This document shows positions 59,101 through 64,000 of a stretch of 64,000 nucleotides of DNA, piece by piece. The notes under the pieces were generated by a model. That model was not told the origin of the DNA. It did no database searches and saw nothing but the letters and a program-made list of their open reading frames with translations. Source of the stretch: an uncultured Verrucomicrobiae bacterium (lineage in GTDB: Bacteria > Verrucomicrobiota > Verrucomicrobiia > Chthoniobacterales > JAATET01); NCBI GenBank assembly GCA_963719495.1, contig CAVRCI010000013.1:512001-576000 (forward strand), in the 5' to 3' direction. The translations under genes were made by a program, and so were the position numbers. Every line of letters begins with the position of its first letter. The stretch's first letter is position 1.

Positions 59101-59750
59101 ATCGCGGGCAGATCCTCGACCTCGGCAAGACTCGCGGAAAACTCCCGGGGCGCGGGCACGAACTCGGCGTCGGCCAACGGGAACGCGGCGCGGACGAACC
59201 AAAGCTCATCGCCGACCGACCAACCCCGCGCCGTCGCGATGGCCGAGAGCGAGGCGCTTCCGGCGACGCGCGTTTCCCACAGATCCGCGAGCGCCCGCTC
59301 CGCGATCGCGTCCACGTCGGGCGTCAGTTCCGGGACGACCGGGAGGCCGCACAGTGTTCCCTCGGTCTGCAGCACGCGCTGACAGAATGAATGGATCGTC
59401 GACACGCCGAGCCGGTCCAGATCGAGCAGCGCCCGCCCGATCACGCCGGGGATCCGCCCGCCGAATTCCCGCCGCAACCGGTGGAGTCCGGCGTCCGACG
59501 TCGCCTCGTCGGCAATCGGCGGGGCGGCGAGTTTCTCCAGCACGCGGCGCACCCGCTCGGCGAGTTCGCCCGCCGCGTCGTTCGTGAAGGTGACGAGCAA
59601 GATTTCGCCAAGATTCCGCGCCGTCCCGTCGAGCAGAAAGCGCGGGACGAGGTGGCTGATCGAATACGTCTTTCCCGTGCCCGCGCTCGCCTCGATCACC
59701 GAGAGACCCGGCGGCATCGTCGTCGTGACAAAATCGAATTCCGCCCTCAC
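56166..59750 (-). CDS. recB: Exodeoxyribonuclease V beta subunit
   Basis: EASAGTGKT, VTFTNDAA, IDESQDT, GDPKQAIYAFRGAD, TMHAAKGLEY, YVALTRA, nuclease GFLD..VDWKT. Confidence 0.93.
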   Translation of the reverse strand: MRAEFDFVTTTMPPGLSVIEASAGTGKTYSISHLVPRFLLDGTARNLGEILLVTFTNDAAGELAERVRRVLEKLAAPPIADEATSDAGLHRLRREFGGRIPGVIGRALLDLDRLGVSTIHSFCQRVLQTEGTLCGLPVVPELTPDVDAIAERALADLWETRVAGSASLSAIATARGWSVGDELWFVRAAFPLADAEFVPAPREFSASLAEVEDLPAMFTEAVCAEFESIVGELTAPTVKTPSEAVRRATLDVLRGAGKFGDPGFLAAVQRVAEAEGWFNGTKQKPLKARAKACQAVRIAADALGLLDRIRWDFRHDYLPAIRETVAGTLRANREIGYDGIIDSLSEALRGPLGPTLAARLRDRYKVGLIDESQDTDARQFDIFRRIFVGSDGEAALPDHRLILIGDPKQAIYAFRGADVNTYLGARDGAGENVFALTKTFRAPEEFVRATNAFFRRPGSFLKAGLDFPEASSGLSGDWRLVAADGEPDGPRIEAWIAPDDAGDEYSTAGRRLARIGGAVATEIVRLLNGPARLERTLGDGGVETRDVAPGDFAVLTNSHREAAAMRDELRGRRVPAIRAGADDIMASDEAAELLTLLRALHEPRREGLRLAAMGTRLLGLHHGEIADLREDASGEDEWLERFLAWQSTWHRAGISAALAGMDAERGITLRLARLERGERRITNLRQLTDLLQAAGLELGPRPAHLVRWLTREIGRAGAGRPADERQQQLESDAAAVQIVTMHAAKGLEYPLVFCPFLWSAPSGGGGVKKLARASEPPLLVDLAQPTDDAIAAAIERDALEDRLRLAYVALTRAQVKAWIYGGELAGTRSRPGPSALDWLLRSEAQPDLADWRVEAATGGRGTRHAAGLAAIIRDGGGRDVIAGVAPPAVDSVPWDAPKAAGELELRALDFPSIPSAWQLTSFSGLTREQHPHGGAPSILTEPPAVAGDERPANSFFDAPGGTMVGTAIHDWIERWDFGELPRDAVGPHLKKYPLPARWPDAKLTLAQSVEGMLIDLGRAVLPGLDLSVAEACPRPEASEWHFQLPLKGSLSSAALAEIFARHGEKEYAGILAALPVEELHGYLHGFLDRLARSGDAWGVVDWKTNRLGPTLASYGPDQLRACAMRSHYLLQTHLYLIALRRYLAGRATVAGAWLVFLRAIDAGSSEGILHVHPSEALLDELDGLFEKSATAAAP

Positions 59751-62700
59751 GAGTATCCCCCCCACCCGCGCAGCGGCACCGCGACCGCGTTGCCCCACCG
59801 TTCCCATTCCACCCGGTCCTCGAAGGCGTCCCGGTCCCGCCAAGCCAGCTCGGCGAAGGCTTCGTGACTTTCCCCGCTCGCGTAGGCGCTGTCGGCTTTC
59901 CAGGCGGATTCCGCGGCGTCCACCGCCTCGCGCACGTCTTTTTTCGCCAGCACCTTCGCGTACTGGTCGGACGCCTGGGGTGCGTATTCCAACGGGCGGC
60001 TCTGCCCCGCCCGATACCCGTCCACCAAGTCTCGCAGCGCTCCCAAGGCCTCGTCGCGCGGGATCGCGCCGAGGATTTTCGGCGTCTCCAGCCCCGCTTC
60101 GTCGATCGCGGCGAGCGGCAATTCCCGCCCGCCAGCGGCGGCCACCACCGCGCCGATCCACGGCTCCAAGAAGTGCCGCGCCGCCTTGAACTCGCCGATC
60201 CGATATGCAAAAAAATTCCCGCCGTCGGCCGTCAGGCGGATTTGTCCGGACACCCGCACGCCGTCGTCCAACGTCACTTCGATCCCCTCGGTCGCGCCCG
60301 TCAATTCCCGCACCCGCTCGCCGAGCGGCTCGCCGACCTCCCGATTCACGGCCCACGCCAACGAGCCAAGATCACCCGGCGGCAGTCCACGGTCCGCCCG
60401 CAGCGCCGCCTCGGTCAACGCCAGCCCGCCCCCTCCCGGCGAGGTCATCCGATCGACGACCGCCCGCTTCACGCTCCAACTCCGCAACCCGTCCAGACTG
60501 AGCGGAGCCCGGTCCAGATCGACGTCGTCCGCCTCCGGAGCCGCCGCGGCGATCCCCTGCGCCCGCACGAACGCGCGCGCCGGATTTTTCCAAAAATCCA
60601 CCAACTGCCGCACCGTCACCTCACCGCCGTCGGCGCGCCCGTCCGCCCGCCGCACCGCGTCGTAGAACGGCACCCCCACGTCGCGGTGATCCGCCTCCAA
60701 CCTCGTCGCCACCTCGGCAGACGACCGGTCGAACGACTGCGGCAACTCCGAATCCTCGCGAAAATACCCGTCGGCGAAGGGCGCGAGCCGGTGCGACACC
60801 ACCAGCGAATCCCCATCCCGCCCCATCACGGCCGCCACGCGCAGCAACTCGTCCACGCAGGCCGAGAACGGCTCGGTCCTACCCGAGCGGACGTTCCGAG
60901 TCGGTGCCGTGATGATCAGCCGATCCTTCGGCGTCAGCAAAGCGTCGAGAAAAAGCTGGCGATCATCCACGCGCGGATTCCGATCCCAGGCCCGCGGCGA
61001 AGCCTGGAGAAGGTCCCAGGCCGGCGTCCGGTTCTGGCCCGGAAACGCGCCGTCCCGCAGCCCCACCATCGCCAGCACGCGGCACGGGATGTTCCGCAAT
61101 TGCTTAAACCGCCCGACCGCGATCCGTCCCGAGATTTGCGTCCGCCGCCCCGCCTCGGCGCTCTCGCCCTCGAGCCAATCGCCGATCGTTCCCGCGTCGA
61201 CGCGTTCCACCGCCGCCACCTGCCGGAGGAAGACGAGCAGGGGCTGTAGCGCGAGCAGCGCCTCATTCTCACCGCCCAGGAGCTGAAGGGCCGCCCGCTC
61301 CAGCCGGTCCGCCCAGTCACCGGGTGCCGCCGCGCCCTCCCACTCAGCGAGAGTGTCGGCCAGATCGGACCACCAACCCAGGAACGCCTCGCGAAGCCGC
61401 GAGTCGCCCCCGAGTTGATCCGAGATCGGCAAAACGAACTCGCCGCCGGGATAAGTCACCTCGTCCTCGCGGCCAAACCACCGGCCCGCGATCAAGCGAT
61501 GCCGCGCGAACGTCCAGCTCCCCGGCTCGGCGCCGCCCAGCCCGCGCGTCACCCCGCTGTCCCGCACCCACCGCCGCAGACTCTCCAGCGCCCGATCATC
61601 GTCCGCCGCGCCCAGGGCCGTTTGGACGGCGCGCAGTTGGAAAAACTCCAACACCGCGCTCGCCTCGAACCGCCGCTCCCGCGCCATTTCCAGGAATGCG
61701 AGCAAACCCTCGGTCACCGGATCGCGGCCGGTCCGCGAGAGCTCGGACATCCGAATCGGCAGCGGACTCCCGCCACTCTCGAGCACCGCCACCACCAGCG
61801 GCGCGTAGGTCTCCAGATCAGTCACCACGATCTGCACCTCCTCCGGCCGCAGATCCGGAAAATCGCGAAAGGCCCGCGCCAATTCGTCCCGCAGCGCCTC
61901 CAGCTCCCGCCTGGGCCCGAAGCACGAATGCACCCGCACGCTCAGGTCGTCCGCATCCGGCGGCAATTCGGACGGCTCACGCAGACCGCGAATATCCTCC
62001 CGCAGGGTCGTCAGCAACCCGCACTCCGCGTCCGCCGACCGGTCCCCCGACTCCGGCCAATGCGTGTATTGCTCGTCCAGCCGACCCAGCAGCAGAAACG
62101 ATCCCACCGCGTGCCGTCCCATCGATTCGAGCAACGGATGGGCCACCGGGAAATTCAATTCCTCCGGATCGGACTCCGGCGAAGGCAGCTCGCGCCGCCG
62201 CCACAGGTCGCCCAGAAACTCCAGCGAAGGCAGCACCACGTGCAGCTCGACCGCGCACCCCGCCCCGGCCAGCAACTCCAGCACCTCGACCATGAGCGGA
62301 TCCACGCTCCCCGTCCCGACCACCAGCAATCGCGGATACTTCGCTTTCAGCTCCGCTCGAAAATCCGCGTTCGCCGCCCGCCGCGCGAGCTCCACCGCCG
62401 GGTGCGCCGGCACCCCATCCTCGCCGCAGAGCCGATCCCAAAGCTCGCGCTGCCAGGTCTCCGCCGCCCGCTCCGCCTCCGAGGCTCCCGGCGGCAGCGC
62501 CGAATCCCCGGCGTCCCACCGGCGAAAAATCTCCGGCCGAAAGTGCCCGTATTGGTCGAACCGGTCCGCCAGCATTCCCGCCAGCGCGAAGGCATCCCGC
62601 GGAGCCGGATCGACCACCCCCAGCACCCCCGCAAACCGCCGGACGTGCGGGAAAATCCGCCAGGTCAGCGAGCGCGCCGTCCATTCCTCGCGACCGCCGC

Positions 62701-62923
62701 CGATCGCCCGACGAATGAATGCCTCCGGCATCAGAAACTCGATTCCCATGCAGACCCCCCGCCGATCCGAGATCCGCAATTGCAGTTGATCCCCGAAGGG
62801 GAGCGAAGGCACCACCATCGGCTCCGGCACCAGGGAAGGAGCCCGCCCCGCCCCCCGCGCCACCACCGCATCGGTCAACGAAGCGAACTCCAAGTGGGGA
62901 ACGATGGTCACAGGATGCGGCAT
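59747..62923 (-). CDS. recC: Exodeoxyribonuclease V gamma subunit
   Basis: FDQYGHFRPE, HPLLESMG, VHSCFGPRRELEAL, DDRQLFLDALL, FWKNPARAF; adjacent to recB-recD. Confidence 0.9.
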   Translation of the reverse strand: MPHPVTIVPHLEFASLTDAVVARGAGRAPSLVPEPMVVPSLPFGDQLQLRISDRRGVCMGIEFLMPEAFIRRAIGGGREEWTARSLTWRIFPHVRRFAGVLGVVDPAPRDAFALAGMLADRFDQYGHFRPEIFRRWDAGDSALPPGASEAERAAETWQRELWDRLCGEDGVPAHPAVELARRAANADFRAELKAKYPRLLVVGTGSVDPLMVEVLELLAGAGCAVELHVVLPSLEFLGDLWRRRELPSPESDPEELNFPVAHPLLESMGRHAVGSFLLLGRLDEQYTHWPESGDRSADAECGLLTTLREDIRGLREPSELPPDADDLSVRVHSCFGPRRELEALRDELARAFRDFPDLRPEEVQIVVTDLETYAPLVVAVLESGGSPLPIRMSELSRTGRDPVTEGLLAFLEMARERRFEASAVLEFFQLRAVQTALGAADDDRALESLRRWVRDSGVTRGLGGAEPGSWTFARHRLIAGRWFGREDEVTYPGGEFVLPISDQLGGDSRLREAFLGWWSDLADTLAEWEGAAAPGDWADRLERAALQLLGGENEALLALQPLLVFLRQVAAVERVDAGTIGDWLEGESAEAGRRTQISGRIAVGRFKQLRNIPCRVLAMVGLRDGAFPGQNRTPAWDLLQASPRAWDRNPRVDDRQLFLDALLTPKDRLIITAPTRNVRSGRTEPFSACVDELLRVAAVMGRDGDSLVVSHRLAPFADGYFREDSELPQSFDRSSAEVATRLEADHRDVGVPFYDAVRRADGRADGGEVTVRQLVDFWKNPARAFVRAQGIAAAAPEADDVDLDRAPLSLDGLRSWSVKRAVVDRMTSPGGGGLALTEAALRADRGLPPGDLGSLAWAVNREVGEPLGERVRELTGATEGIEVTLDDGVRVSGQIRLTADGGNFFAYRIGEFKAARHFLEPWIGAVVAAAGGRELPLAAIDEAGLETPKILGAIPRDEALGALRDLVDGYRAGQSRPLEYAPQASDQYAKVLAKKDVREAVDAAESAWKADSAYASGESHEAFAELAWRDRDAFEDRVEWERWGNAVAVPLRGWGGYS

Positions 62924-62972
62924 ATAATCGAACAATGGAACGGCGAGACTAGATCACTTCAAGAGACGACGG

Positions 62973-63058
62973 AGCCGCAAAAAGGCGCATAACGCGCAAA
63001 AAATTCGGATACCCGACTTTGAGTTCCTCTTCTGCGCCTTTTGCGCCTCTTTGCGGCT
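62973..63058. repeat. Inverted repeat of degenerate short units upstream of recC
   Basis: AGCCGCAAAAAGGCGCATAACGCGCAAAA ... TTCTGCGCCTTTTGCGCCTCTTTGCGGCT. Confidence 0.7.
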
Positions 63059-63169
63059 GGCAATCATGGCTTACGAATTGCCCGTCGCGACGCCCGACGT
63101 TTCCCTTGCGGTCGGCGACCGGTGACGCATATTCTCCCGGCCCCCGCACCGTCCACCGACGGACAACCC

Positions 63170-63241
63170 GCGCACTTAGCTCAGCGGTAGAGCGCTTGCT
63201 TCACACGCAAGATGTCACAGGTTCGATCCCTGTAGTGCGCA
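63170..63241 (+). tRNA. tRNA-Val (anticodon CAC), CCA not encoded
   Basis: Acceptor GCGCACT/AGTGCGC, D-arm GCTC-AGCGGTA-GAGC, anticodon arm CTTGC-TTCACAC-GCAAG, T-loop GTTCGATC. Confidence 0.95.
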
Positions 63242-63254
63242 TTCCCCCTCCGGC

Positions 63255-63835
63255 GGGTGTGATCGAAAGCGCGTCCTGATCGGAAGAAGAATCTCGTGAA
63301 CGCCACGAATGTCTGACCGAGGGGACGCCAGGAGGCCGGCGACGAGTCCGTGGGAGATCGCCACGGCCCAAGGCCTCGCAGCATCGGGTCCCCCGCCTCA
63401 TCCAGACGCCCCCCCCAATTCCGCCAGAGTCGACCGATAAAACGTAACGGCCGTTACGTTTTATCGGGAGCGGATTCATTCGTTCATTCGTTCGTTCGTT
63501 TGTTCGCTCGCCACTCCCCGTCCGGGGACCCCCGGATCCGCGGCCTTCCGGCGGGCAAGCTCCGGCTCGCCAGCAGTAAAGCCCGGGCCCTTCCGAGGAC
63601 CTCGCCATCAATCCATTACCTGTAAAATGTGACGGTTGTCACATTTTACAGGTAATGGATTGGTTGGGGCGCTCTGCCGCCAACTCCGAGGGTGCCCGGA
63701 GATTCGCTTCTCCACGCGGGTGGTATCATGGCCACCCAAGGGCGGCTTTACTCGCGGCTCGACGCGTGCTGGCTCGTTGATCCCAATCTTACTGGCACCT
63801 TTGGCTCAGCCTTGGACGCACTTTCAATCACACCC
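63255..63835. mobile_element. Non-autonomous MITE-like element, long copy (581 bp) with two internal palindromes
   Basis: TIRs GGGTGTGATCGAAAGCGCGTCC / GGACGCACTTTCAATCACACCC (20/22); flanks CCCTCCGGC / CCCTCCGGG (8/9 TSD); homologous to 13476-13874. Confidence 0.9.
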
Positions 63836-63913
63836 CCCTCCGGGGAGCCCCGTAAAACCCGTTCGCCGCAAGATCATTTTCGTGCCACGTTACGAAATCG
63901 TCACATTCCAGCC

Positions 63914-64000
63914 ATGACCACACTTTCCGCCGCTCCCACGCTTCACGTCTCCGAACCCCTCGTCACGCCGCTCGCCCGGCGCGTTCCCGCCTTCCGGATC
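63914..64000 (+). CDS. Start of an ORF running off the window edge
   Basis: ATG at 63914, open to the end (MTTLSAAPTLHVSEPLVTPLARRVPAFRI); no recognisable motif. Confidence 0.3.
   Translation, partial: MTTLSAAPTLHVSEPLVTPLARRVPAFRI

Noticed and set aside
63434..63662. Palindromes as protelomerase (tel) sites or dif
   Set aside because: No protelomerase gene is visible, B has an asymmetric spacer, and there is no clear XerC/XerD arm match; kept only as generic candidate recombination sites.
63241..64000. Prophage/ICE integrated at tRNA-Val
   Set aside because: No integrase or duplicated tRNA 3' end in the window; the adjacent DNA is explained by the MITE. Cannot be excluded beyond the edge.

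Overview
GC-rich bacterial chromosome segment; protein styles and repeat families suggest Verrucomicrobiota/PVC, which is an unverified inference. Most of it is housekeeping: rapA, folP-cdaA-glmM, xth, gabD, rsmE, trkAH, rmlA, hpf-scpAB-pheA, a CP-ATP-grasp/alpha-E pair, sahR-like/metK/ahcY, recCBD and tRNA-Val(CAC). Two defence-like blocks interrupt it. The first is a translationally coupled ABC-ATPase-TOPRIM(DUF4435-like) / HipA-like kinase / DUF3037 triplet (35.4-38.6 kb). The second is a YeeABC/MmeI-like restriction-modification island (41-50.3 kb) bounded by a 33-bp direct repeat, whose methylase carries two frameshifts. The most striking unannotated structure is a non-coding mobile element present twice (13476-13874 and 63255-63835). 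It has 22-bp terminal inverted repeats, 9-bp target duplications and long internal palindromes. The long copy has two related perfect palindromes around a ~140-bp cargo; the short copy has one hybrid palindrome and no cargo. Also notable: a four-helix-bundle gene looped out by inverted heptamer arrays between metK and ahcY, with several empty relatives elsewhere; a 47-aa CdaR-anchor-only peptide; an internally deleted PheA; and a synonymously diverged 37-nt duplication that frameshifts the SahR-like C-terminus. All functional calls come from motif recognition by eye, with no database searches.
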